Source: Dehalococcoidia bacterium (GTDB lineage: Bacteria > Chloroflexota > Dehalococcoidia > Lucifugimonadales > UBA2962). From it: DNA of 32,000 bases. The position numbers and the translations under genes are program-made. Every line of letters begins with the position of its first letter. The first letter of the stretch is position 1. The stretch lies in contig OY760908.2 in the NCBI GenBank assembly GCA_963664125.2, positions 1,691,851 to 1,723,850 of the forward strand, written 5' to 3'. Under the pieces are notes generated by a model. The model saw nothing but the letters and a program-made list of their open reading frames with translations. It ran no database searches and was not told the DNA's origin. This document shows positions 16,069 through 24,197 of this stretch, in pieces.

Positions 16069-16944
16069 TTGCCACAGACGATAGCGGTGCTCAGCCCCGG
16101 GGACATGGGGCACGCGGTGGGCCGGGCGCTGATCGCGTCCGGTCACCGGGTCATCACCTGCCTTGACGGCCGCAGCGAGCGGACCCGGGGCCTGAGCGAG
16201 GCCGCAGGAATCGCCGACGCGGGGACCCTTGCGGAACTGGTCGAGCGGGCCGACCTGGTGCTCTCGATCGTCGTGCCGTCCGAGGCCGAGGCGCTGGCGC
16301 GGTCCGTCGCGGCGGCCATCGCACAGACGTCCGCGGACGTCGCGTTCGCGGACTGCAACGCGGTCTCTCCGGCGACCAGCGCCAGGATCGGGTCCGCCGT
16401 CGAGCGCGCCGGCGGGCGGTACATCGACGCCTCGATCATCGGCCCGCCTCCCGGCAGGGGCGCCCCGCCGAGGTTCTACGTCTGCGGGCCCAGCGCGGGG
16501 GAGATGCAGGCGATCGCCGGGACCGACATCCTCGTCCGGGACATGGGCCCCGAGGCCGGGGCCGCCTCGGCGATCAAGATGTGCTACGCCGCGTTCACCA
16601 AGGGGGGCAGCGCCCTGTCCGTGGCCCTGCTGGTGATGGCACAGCGCCTGGGCGTGGCCCCCGAGCTGGAGCGAGAGCTCGCCGAGAGCCAGGCGGCCGG
16701 GCTCGAGAGGATGCGGTCAGAGATTCCCGCCCTGCCGGTCAAGGCCCGGCGGTGGGTCGGGGAGATGGAGGAGATCGCATCGACGTTCTCGGCGGCGGGC
16801 CTGCCGCCGGGCTTCCTCGAGGCCGCGGCGGACGTCTACCGGGGCGTGGGGAACACCCCGCTGGCCGAGGAGACCCCGGAGACGATCGACGGGTCGCGCG
16901 GCCTGCGCGAGACGATCGAGGCTGTGGCCCGCGAGGCCACCTAG
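16069..16944 (+). CDS. NAD(P)-binding 6-phosphogluconate/3-hydroxyisobutyrate dehydrogenase-like protein (DUF1932-type C-terminus)
   Basis: TTG start. Rossmann-like IAVLSPGDMGHAVGRALIASGH, then AIKMCYAAFTKGGSAL, typical of the DUF1932 group. Confidence 0.65.
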   Translation: MPQTIAVLSPGDMGHAVGRALIASGHRVITCLDGRSERTRGLSEAAGIADAGTLAELVERADLVLSIVVPSEAEALARSVAAAIAQTSADVAFADCNAVSPATSARIGSAVERAGGRYIDASIIGPPPGRGAPPRFYVCGPSAGEMQAIAGTDILVRDMGPEAGAASAIKMCYAAFTKGGSALSVALLVMAQRLGVAPELERELAESQAAGLERMRSEIPALPVKARRWVGEMEEIASTFSAAGLPPGFLEAAADVYRGVGNTPLAEETPETIDGSRGLRETIEAVAREAT

Positions 16945-17855
16945 GCGCGGCGGCGCAGCCGCCTGTATAGCCTGGGGATGTCCCCGTGCTCCCAGACGAC
17001 CAGCGTCTGGGTGGCGACGGCGATGGAGCTGTAGGTCCCCACCAGGACGCCTATCAGAAGCACGAGCAGGAAGCCGCGCAGCGTCGGTCCGCCGAAGAGC
17101 ATCAGCGCCAGCAGCGTCAGCAGCAGCGTCAGGCTGGTGTTTATGGAGCGGCCCAGCGTCTCCGAGACCGACAGGTTGATGCTGGCCGCGAGGCTGCGGG
17201 TCGGCGAGGCGATGATGTTCTCCCGCAGGCGGTCGAACACGACGATCGTGTCGTTGACGCTGAAGCCGATCACGGTCAGCAGCGCTATCAGGAACATCGT
17301 GTTGACCTCGATCTCGGCGACGACGCCGAGGATCGCGAATATGCCCAGGATCACGCCCGCGTCGTGCACCAGCGCCACTATGGCCGCCGCGCCGTAGCGG
17401 AACGGGCTCGGGACGTTGCGGAACGCCCACCACACGTACAGGAATATGCCTATCGCCGCGGCGAACACGGCCCAGAAGGCGGCGATCACCGTCTCCTGTG
17501 CCACTACCGGCGAGACCAGGTCGAAGGCCAGGACGTTGGATCCTCCCGGCGAGACGGCGGCCTCGAGCCCGGTGGTGAGCTCGTCCTTCTCCGCCTCGCT
17601 CAGCTCCTTGGTGCGGATGAAGTAGACGTTGTCGCCGAAGTTCTGGACGGTGGAGCCCTCGACCTGAATGTCGGCGAGTGCGTCGCGCAGCTCCTGCTGG
17701 CCCACCGGGTCGGCGAACTCGATCGTGATGGTGGAGCCGCCGGTGAAGTCGATGCCCGGGCGCAGGCCCGGCGCGGCGATCAAAAAGACTATCCCCGGGA
17801 TCAGCAGGATCGCCGAGACCAGGAACATCCATCCCCTCTTTCCGACTACGTCCAA
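16941..17855 (-). CDS. secF: Protein translocase subunit SecF
   Basis: TTG start after GGGGGAGGG. GIDFTGGSTITIEF, and C-terminal RND-like TM block FSVNDTIVVFDRLREN. Confidence 0.9.
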   Translation of the reverse strand: MDVVGKRGWMFLVSAILLIPGIVFLIAAPGLRPGIDFTGGSTITIEFADPVGQQELRDALADIQVEGSTVQNFGDNVYFIRTKELSEAEKDELTTGLEAAVSPGGSNVLAFDLVSPVVAQETVIAAFWAVFAAAIGIFLYVWWAFRNVPSPFRYGAAAIVALVHDAGVILGIFAILGVVAEIEVNTMFLIALLTVIGFSVNDTIVVFDRLRENIIASPTRSLAASINLSVSETLGRSINTSLTLLLTLLALMLFGGPTLRGFLLVLLIGVLVGTYSSIAVATQTLVVWEHGDIPRLYRRLRRRA

Positions 17856-17865
17856 GGCCCTCCCC

Positions 17866-19767
17866 CTAGCCGCTGCCCTCGGGCAGGAACCGCTTGCCGA
17901 CCGGGGTGAACCAGCTCGCGCGGCCGGACACGCCCGTCGTCGCCAGGAGCCTTAGGAGCGTCCTGCTGACGACTATCGCCGAGAACATGCTGACCATGAC
18001 GCCTATCGCCAGCGTCGCGGCGAAGCCCTGCACCACGGACGCTCCCAGCGTGTCCGCGAACCAGAACAGGATCGCGCAGGTGATCAGCGTGGAGACGTTG
18101 CCGTCCCGGATGGCCGGCCACGCGCGGTTGAAGCCGATGTTTATGGAGGTGAGGAGCGTCCTGCCGGCGCGCAGCTCGTCCTTCATGCGCTCGAATATCA
18201 GGATGTTCGCGTCGACCGCCATGCCCACCGAAAGGATCGCCGCGGCCACGCCCGAGAGCGTGAGCGTCACCGGTATCAGCTTGAAGATGGCCAGCACCAG
18301 GGCGCCGTAGATGATCAGCGCCACCGCCGCCACCAGGCCCGGGATCCTGTAGTAGGCGGTCATGAACACCAGCACCAGCGCGAGGCCCACCAGGCCCGCG
18401 ACCACGCTCTTCCGGAGCGAGTCGGCCCCCAGGATGGCGTCCACGTCGCGCTCCTGGACCAGCTCGATCGGGATGGGCAGCCGCCCCGCCTCGAGGAGCT
18501 GGGATATGTCCTGGGCGCGCTCGGCGGTGAAGTCGCCCTGTATGAAGGCGGCCCCGCCGGTGATCGCCTGGTCGACGGCCGGGGCGATCAGCTCCTCGTC
18601 GTCCAGGAAGATGGCTATGCGGTCCGGGGTGTTGACGATCATCTGCGTGAGCTCGCCGAAGCTCCTGGCGCCCTGGGCGTTGAACTCTATGTTCACGATC
18701 GGCTGACCCGTCGTCTGGTGGGTGCCGGCGTAGGCCCTGGCGAGGTCGTCACCCGTCAGCCCGATCTCCTCGTCGAACGCCCCGTAGATCTCTATGAAGC
18801 TGACGGACGGGTCCTCGCCGAAGATCGCCCTGGCCTCCTCGACCGTGGGGGCGATCGATTGACCCGTGCTGTTGAGCAGGGCGAAGCCGAACACGTTCGT
18901 GTCCGGGACCCTCGAGACCGCCCCCGCCTGCAGGCTGAGGGTGCGGAACTCGTCTCCGTCTATGTCCACCTGGACCCTGTTGGGAAGCGCCCCGCCCCCG
19001 ACGAAGAAGCTCAGCGCCGTCTGTTCAAGGCGGTCGAGCATCTCGTCGAACACGGCGGCGGCCTCGTCGGACAGCTCGACCAGCAGGTACGACTGCTGGG
19101 GCACGGCGTCCTCCTGGACCTGCTCCGCCTCGTCGCCCTCCGCGGCCTGCTCGGCGTCGTCACCCTCGACCTGCCCCGCCTCGCCGGCATCCGCGGCCTG
19201 CGCCCCGCCGTCTTCCTGCGCCTGCCCCGCCTCCGGGTCGTCCGCCGAGCCGGCATCGGGCGCGGGGGCGGCGTCCCCCTCCTCGGCGCCGGCGGGCTGC
19301 GGGAACTCGTCGATGGTCACCGATAGCACGTCGGAGTCCGCCAGGTTCACCGGGACTGGCACGTCCAGCTGGCGGTGCTTGAACTCCAGGCGCGCCGTCT
19401 CCCCGATGATGGCCTTGGCGCGCTCAGGGTCGTCCACGCCCGGCAGCTGGACCAGCAGCCGGTCGTCGCCGAGCGTCTGGATCACTGGCTCGCCCAGGCC
19501 GGTCTGGTTCACGCGCCGCTCGATGATCTGGCGCAGGGAGCGCATCTGCTCGCCCGTCGGCTGGATCCGCTCGCCGCTCGCGTCGGTCAGGGCCGCCTCG
19601 TACACCAGGTGGCTTCCGCCCTGCAGGTCCAGCCCGAGCTTGAGGCCCAGCGGGTTGTCCCCAGTCCGCTCGAAGCCGCGGATCTTGACAGTGTGAAAGC
19701 CGAGCGTCAGCCCGGCGATCAGCACCAGGGCCGCTATGACCAGCAGGGACCTGGAGTACCTGCGCAA
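17866..19767 (-). CDS. secD: Protein translocase subunit SecD, with a roughly 70-aa acidic low-complexity insertion
   Basis: TTG start directly after the cca stop; SD GGAGGG lies 4 nt upstream. LGLDLQGGSHLVYEA, GEPVIQTLGDDRLLVQLPG and ILIFERMKEEL-like DANILIFERMKDEL are present. Confidence 0.9.
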   Translation of the reverse strand: MRRYSRSLLVIAALVLIAGLTLGFHTVKIRGFERTGDNPLGLKLGLDLQGGSHLVYEAALTDASGERIQPTGEQMRSLRQIIERRVNQTGLGEPVIQTLGDDRLLVQLPGVDDPERAKAIIGETARLEFKHRQLDVPVPVNLADSDVLSVTIDEFPQPAGAEEGDAAPAPDAGSADDPEAGQAQEDGGAQAADAGEAGQVEGDDAEQAAEGDEAEQVQEDAVPQQSYLLVELSDEAAAVFDEMLDRLEQTALSFFVGGGALPNRVQVDIDGDEFRTLSLQAGAVSRVPDTNVFGFALLNSTGQSIAPTVEEARAIFGEDPSVSFIEIYGAFDEEIGLTGDDLARAYAGTHQTTGQPIVNIEFNAQGARSFGELTQMIVNTPDRIAIFLDDEELIAPAVDQAITGGAAFIQGDFTAERAQDISQLLEAGRLPIPIELVQERDVDAILGADSLRKSVVAGLVGLALVLVFMTAYYRIPGLVAAVALIIYGALVLAIFKLIPVTLTLSGVAAAILSVGMAVDANILIFERMKDELRAGRTLLTSINIGFNRAWPAIRDGNVSTLITCAILFWFADTLGASVVQGFAATLAIGVMVSMFSAIVVSRTLLRLLATTGVSGRASWFTPVGKRFLPEGSG

Positions 19768-21384
19768 CTAGCCCTCCGCCCCCGCCTGCGCCCGGGCCGG
19801 GCCGACGACGACGGCCCCCGACTCCAGCGCGCCGCGCGCAAGCGCAAGCGCCCCGTCGCGCGTGTCGATCCGCCCGGTGCAGAGCGCCTCGTCGACCAGG
19901 GCGAGCAGCTCGCCGACCGCGGGGCCGGGCCGAAGCGAAAGCTCGGACATCAGATCGTGCCCGTCGACCAGCGCAGGCGCGCGCCGCGCCCTCGCCGCCT
20001 GGCCGTCGTCCCCCTCCAGCAGGGCGGAGACCACGGCGCAGTGGCGCTCCCAGTCCGACAGGTCGTAGCCGGGCCGCAGCATCGGCGGGCCCTTGGCGGC
20101 GACGTAGTCGGCCATGTTCAGGTAGAGGACGTCGATAGCAATATCTCCCAGGTCCCGGCGGTAGCGATAGATCGCCTTGGGCGACGGCAACTCCCCGGGC
20201 GGAGCGGCCTGCCCCGGCCGCAGGTGGCTATCCACCGCCGCGGACACGTACCGGATGGACCTGCGGCTGAACCGCAGGCGCTCCATCAACTCCCGACATA
20301 CCATAGCACCCTGCGCGCCGTGCCCAAGGAAGCGCACGCGGCCGCTCGGCTCCACCGTCCTGGTCGCCGGCTTGGCGATGTCGTGCAGGAGGCAGGTGAG
20401 CGCGAGCAGCGTCGCCCGGTCCGCGCCGTCGGAGACCGGGGCCGCGAAGTGCTCGGCCATGCCCTCGAACCTGGGCACCGCGGCGAACGCGGGCCCCGCG
20501 CCGGCCCCCGCCAGCACGCTCTCGAGCGCGCCCGGGGTCTCGACGCAGTGCTCCAGCACGTCGTAGTGGTGCTCCGGCGGCTGGACCACGCCCCTCGCGT
20601 CCTCCAGCTCGGGGATGACGGCGGTCAGGAGTCCCAGGTCGTCCAGCCCGCGCAGGGCCTTGGTGACGCCCGGGGCCGCCAGCAGGCGGAGGAGCTCGTC
20701 CCGGACGCGCTCCGGCGAGACCCCGCGCACCAGCGCGGAGCGCTCGCGGATCCAGCGGGCCGTCGCCGGTTCGAGGGTCATCCCGAGCGCCGACGCGATG
20801 CGCGGTCCGCGCATCAGCCTCGCCGGGTCGTCGTCGAGCGCGCCGGGCGAAACGGCCCGGACGGCCCGCGCCCTAAGGTCGGCCAGCCCGCCGACGGGGT
20901 CCACCACCGGCGCCGCCGAGCCCTCGGCGATGGGGCGCAGCGCAACGGCCATCGCGTCGATGGTGAAGTCGCTGCTCCCGAGGTGGGCATCGATGTCCCC
21001 GCCCCGGGCCCCACCGGTCAGGTCGATCGTTACGGCGCGCGGGCCGGCGGCGGTGACCCGGCCGATGCCGCGCCCGGCATCCAGGTCGAAGTAGCTCCCG
21101 CCCAGCGCGGCGGCGAGGCCCCTCCCGACCGCCCCCGCGGGCGCGTCCACCCACAGGTCGAGGTCGTCGCTGGGAATGCCGAGCAGCGCGTCCCGCACCG
21201 CCCCGCCGAACAGGTACGCATCGGCGCCGCGGCCCGACAGCCGGCGGGCCACGTCCCCGACCAGGGGGTCGAAGTCCTGCGCCGCAAGGAGGGGCGCGGC
21301 CTCGGCCCCGCGCCCGCCGCCGGCAGCGGCACGGGGCCGGGCGAGGGCCGGCTCGCCCTCGGAGGTTGCGATCGGTGCCACCAA
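19768..21384 (-). CDS. cca: CCA-adding enzyme / poly(A) polymerase family nucleotidyltransferase with HD domain
   Basis: GGAVRDALLGIPSDDLDLWV (GGxVRD...DxD head domain) and an HD motif LLHDIAKP. Start is TTG 21384 or GTG 21381, after GGGAGG. It lies 8 nt downstream of the def stop. Confidence 0.8.
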   Translation of the reverse strand: MVAPIATSEGEPALARPRAAAGGGRGAEAAPLLAAQDFDPLVGDVARRLSGRGADAYLFGGAVRDALLGIPSDDLDLWVDAPAGAVGRGLAAALGGSYFDLDAGRGIGRVTAAGPRAVTIDLTGGARGGDIDAHLGSSDFTIDAMAVALRPIAEGSAAPVVDPVGGLADLRARAVRAVSPGALDDDPARLMRGPRIASALGMTLEPATARWIRERSALVRGVSPERVRDELLRLLAAPGVTKALRGLDDLGLLTAVIPELEDARGVVQPPEHHYDVLEHCVETPGALESVLAGAGAGPAFAAVPRFEGMAEHFAAPVSDGADRATLLALTCLLHDIAKPATRTVEPSGRVRFLGHGAQGAMVCRELMERLRFSRRSIRYVSAAVDSHLRPGQAAPPGELPSPKAIYRYRRDLGDIAIDVLYLNMADYVAAKGPPMLRPGYDLSDWERHCAVVSALLEGDDGQAARARRAPALVDGHDLMSELSLRPGPAVGELLALVDEALCTGRIDTRDGALALARGALESGAVVVGPARAQAGAEG

Positions 21385-21392
21385 GCCTCCCG

Positions 21393-22019
21393 TCAGCCCC
21401 CCGCCACCTCGGCGGTCGCCTCCCCGGCGGGAGCGGCCACCGCGCCGTGGACCTGCGCGTGGGAATGGCCCGCGTGCGCCGGCTCCCCGGCGACCGGGTC
21501 GCCCGAATCGGCGGCCCCTTCGGCGGCGTCCTCGTCGGCCGGCTGAGGCGCCGGCATGGGCCTGAGGGTCTCGTGCTCGGCGAGGTGGTCCATGTAGAGG
21601 ATGCCGTTGAGGTGGTCGACCTCGTGCTCCAGCACCTGCGCTAGCAGGGAGTCGGCCTTCAGGCGGATGGTCCTGCGCCGAAGGTCGAGCGCGCGGAAGC
21701 GGACCTCGATGGACCTTACGACGGTGCCGACGTAGCCGGGCACGCTCAGGCAGCCCTCCTCCACGAGGCGCTCGCCCTCCCTGTGGATGATCTCCGGGTT
21801 GACGTAGACGCGCGCGTCCTCGTCCTCCGGCAGCCGGACCACGATCACCCGCCGCAGCACGCCGACCTGGTTGGCAGCGAGGCCCAGCCCGCCGGCGTGG
21901 TCCATCGTTTCGATCATGTCGCCGGCGAGCCGGACGATCGAGCGGTCTATCGTCCTGACGCGGCGCGCGCGCTGGCGCAGAATCTCGTCGGGGAATTGGA
22001 TGATGGGCAGGACAGCCAA
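21393..22019 (-). CDS. def: Peptide deformylase with a roughly 55-aa Ala/Glu/His-rich C-terminal extension
   Basis: TTG 22019 after GAGGG (6-nt spacer). Motifs GLGLAANQ, EGCLSVPG and HEVDH are present. The ORF upstream of 22019 (to 23357) is antisense to the permease and has no similarity. Confidence 0.9.
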   Translation of the reverse strand: MAVLPIIQFPDEILRQRARRVRTIDRSIVRLAGDMIETMDHAGGLGLAANQVGVLRRVIVVRLPEDEDARVYVNPEIIHREGERLVEEGCLSVPGYVGTVVRSIEVRFRALDLRRRTIRLKADSLLAQVLEHEVDHLNGILYMDHLAEHETLRPMPAPQPADEDAAEGAADSGDPVAGEPAHAGHSHAQVHGAVAAPAGEATAEVAGG

Positions 22020-22107
22020 GGCGGGCCCTCGCTGGCGTCGGCGTTTGGGGCGGCGGCCGCCGTGCGTCCGGTGCGTCCCGGACGGCGGCTCCCGCCGCGA
22101 CGAAGGA

Positions 22108-22113
22108 ATTATA
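22108..22113 (-). promoter_or_regulatory. TATAAT -10 box about 88 nt upstream of the def start (likely promoter of the def-cca-secDF operon)
   Basis: Perfect hexamer on the minus strand in the 165-bp divergent intergenic region. Confidence 0.4.
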
Positions 22114-22169
22114 CCAGCGACCCGAGCCCGCCCGGTAGCGCGCGGTTCGCCGATGGCGGCAGCCGGCTG

Positions 22170-22175
22170 TATGAT
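22170..22175 (+). promoter_or_regulatory. TATGAT -10 box 9 nt upstream of the permease ATG (leaderless-type)
   Basis: ctgTATGATgtccggctgATG. No SD lies between the box and the ATG. Confidence 0.4.
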
Positions 22176-22184
22176 GTCCGGCTG

Positions 22185-23453
22185 ATGATAACGGCCGCGG
22201 TAATCTTCGGGGTCGCCTACCTGTGCATCGCGGCCGGACGAATCCCGCACGCCGTGATCGCTGTGGTCGGGGCCGCGATCATGGTCTTTGCGCAGGTCCT
22301 CTCGCCCGAGCAGGCCTTCCACCACGTCGACCTCGAGGTCATCGTGCTGCTGGCCGGCATGATGGTGCTGGCCAGCATCATCGCCAGGACCGGCGCCTTC
22401 GACTGGGCGGCCGTGCGGGGCGCGCACCTGGTCCTGGCGCGCGGCGGCGGCTTCGGCCTGATGGTGCTCCTGGTGGCGATCACGGCCGTCGCGTCGGCCC
22501 TGCTCGACAACGTGACCACGGTGGTGATCATGGTCCCGATCACCATGAGCCTGTGCCGGAGCCTGGACCTGGACCCGGTGCCGTTCCTGCTGGGAGAGGT
22601 GTTCGCCTCCAACATCGGGGGCACGGCCACGATCGTCGGCGATCCGCCCAACATCATCGTGGCCAGCGCTGCCGACATCGGCTTCTCGGAGTTCCTGGTC
22701 AACATGCTCCCGGCGTCCGCCTTCTCGATGGCCGTGCTGCTCGGGCTGCTGTACCTGTGGTTCCACAAGGAGATCCGCATCCCCGACGAGACCCGGCGGC
22801 GGATGATGCACACCGCGCCCGTCGAGGCGATCAGGGACGTGTCGCTCCTGGCCAAGAGCCTGTTCGTCTTCGCCCTCACGATCGCCGCCTTCTTCACGCA
22901 CGACCTGATCGGCGTGAGCCCGGCGATCGTGGCCCTGGCGGGCGCGGGGCTGCTGATGCTGATCTCCCGGCTCGACCCCGGGGAGGTCCTGAGGGACGTC
23001 GAGTGGACTACGCTGGCGTTCTTCACCGGGCTGTTCATCCTGATCGGCGGGATGGCGGAGGCCGGGGTGATCGAACGGCTCCAGGACTGGATCCTGGAGG
23101 TGTCGGGCGGCAGCGAGCTCAACCTTGCGATGCTGCTGGTGTTCGTCGGCGGGGCGCTGTCGGCGATCATCGACAACATCCCGTTCACGGCGACGATGTC
23201 CCAGGTGGTCGCGAACATCACAGGGAACGACGGCTCGGGAACGATCAACCCGCTTTGGTGGGCGCTGACGCTGGGCGCGGACCTGGGCGGCAACCTGACG
23301 ATCGTCGGCGCCTCGGCGAACGTGGTGGTGGTCACGATGGCCCGCTCGCTCGGCCACCCGATCAGCTTCATGCGGTTCCTGCGGTACGGGATCGTGATCG
23401 GCGCCGCGTCCCTGGCGATCTCGGGCCTGTACGTCTGGCTCCGGTACTACTAG
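22185..23453 (+). CDS. ArsB/NhaD (CitMHS-like) family anion permease
   Basis: Start at MITAAVIFGVAYLCIAAG. Highly hydrophobic, with SALLDNVTTVVIMVPI and NIGGTATIVGDPPNIIVAS blocks repeated as AIIDNIPFTATM and LGGNLTIVGASANVVV (inverted-repeat topology). Confidence 0.8.
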   Translation: MITAAVIFGVAYLCIAAGRIPHAVIAVVGAAIMVFAQVLSPEQAFHHVDLEVIVLLAGMMVLASIIARTGAFDWAAVRGAHLVLARGGGFGLMVLLVAITAVASALLDNVTTVVIMVPITMSLCRSLDLDPVPFLLGEVFASNIGGTATIVGDPPNIIVASAADIGFSEFLVNMLPASAFSMAVLLGLLYLWFHKEIRIPDETRRRMMHTAPVEAIRDVSLLAKSLFVFALTIAAFFTHDLIGVSPAIVALAGAGLLMLISRLDPGEVLRDVEWTTLAFFTGLFILIGGMAEAGVIERLQDWILEVSGGSELNLAMLLVFVGGALSAIIDNIPFTATMSQVVANITGNDGSGTINPLWWALTLGADLGGNLTIVGASANVVVVTMARSLGHPISFMRFLRYGIVIGAASLAISGLYVWLRYY

Positions 23454-23471
23454 CGCGGCCAGAACGGCAGT

Positions 23472-23486
23472 CGGCCTGACAGGCCG
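23472..23486 (+). terminator. Short GC hairpin (CGGCC-tgaca-GGCCG) 19 nt after the permease stop
   Basis: 5-bp stem, extendable by a wobble pair; no U-tract. Confidence 0.25.
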
Positions 23487-23504
23487 GCCCTAAGCCGCCG
23501 CGCC

Positions 23505-23525
23505 ATCCCTACCCGCGGTAGGGAT
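23505..23525. repeat. Perfect 9-bp inverted repeat atccctacc-cgc-ggtagggat
   Basis: Read directly from the sequence. It lies in non-coding DNA between the permease and the orphan ORF. It could be a hairpin or a protein-binding palindrome. Confidence 0.5.
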
Positions 23526-23650
23526 ACTGGCTCCCGCCTTAAGTTCGGGCGCGTCTAGGGCATGAGGGGCGAGGTCGTCGAGCTTAGTAGGCCGGTGTCT
23601 TAACATCTCGAGCCTGAGGTGACCAGCGGAGCATTTCCAGGGGGTGAGTA

Positions 23651-23953
23651 GTGGCCACTAAGCTGCTGGTCGATATGGGCGACGGGCTACGGCTGACGGC
23701 CGATGTCGATCCTGCCACCAACACGTGGACCGTAACGCCCGAACCGGCAGACGACCCGGACAGGGAAGCCATGGCACGAATGTGGGAGGACCTGTTGGCG
23801 CTCAAAGCACGCCAGCTGGTCGCGGCAAGCTACCAGCCCGAGCCCGAGAACCAGTTCGCGCTGGCCATCGTCGCGCACTACCCGGGTTCACGCATCCTGT
23901 CCGGGCTGGTGCCGGTACGCCGCGAACGGCAACGCCCCGGCCTGCACTACTAG
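23651..23953 (+). CDS. Hypothetical protein (100 aa), orphan
   Basis: GTG start with AGGGGGTGA 4-5 nt upstream. Third codon positions are mostly G/C, as in the real genes here. I recognise no family. Confidence 0.5.
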   Translation: MATKLLVDMGDGLRLTADVDPATNTWTVTPEPADDPDREAMARMWEDLLALKARQLVAASYQPEPENQFALAIVAHYPGSRILSGLVPVRRERQRPGLHY

Positions 23954-24197
23954 CGCATCACCGTGTCGAATATCGAGTCGAACGTGCGAGGGCCGCGGAT
24001 GGCGAACCCCACCGGGTCAGTCAGCATCAAGGCAAGGGACATGTCCGCTGTCGCACGTGCTCATCGCTGCGCCCGCCCCCGCGTAGCGCAAGGCCGCTAG
24101 GCCGCGCGACCCAGTTCCCAGAACCAGATCCTACAGCCGACGGTCGCGCCGACCGGCCGGCTTAGCCGCCGGGGAGGCCAGCCTCGGCGACCGGGTT

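Noticed and set aside
15118-16106. N-terminal ORF extensions: VIT to 15489, nfo to 16106. The same applies to GNAT to 5658, LLM2 from 8278, rbsK to 30958, CocE/NonD from 275, and Kelch copy 2 to 4796
   Set aside because: The extensions overlap neighbouring genes or lack similarity. Internal starts coincide with conserved N-termini, RBSs or -10 boxes.
19375-21546. 723-aa plus-strand ORF spanning secD and cca in antisense
   Set aside because: This is the largest ORF in the window, but its translation is Arg/Gly/Pro/Ala low-complexity. SecD and CCA-enzyme motifs on the minus strand explain the open frame as a GC artefact.
22020-23371. Upstream extension of the def ORF to 23357 (654 aa) and ORF 22217-23371 (-), antisense to the permease
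   Set aside because: Def similarity starts only at TTG 22019, which has its own SD. The extension is antisense to a strongly hydrophobic transporter gene and has junk-like composition.
23999-24100. Small ORF MANPTGSVSIKARDMSAVARAHRCARPRVAQGR with GAGGG upstream, downstream of the 100-aa orphan
   Set aside because: It is too short and Arg/Ala-rich to distinguish from chance in GC-rich DNA, and it has no recognisable features.
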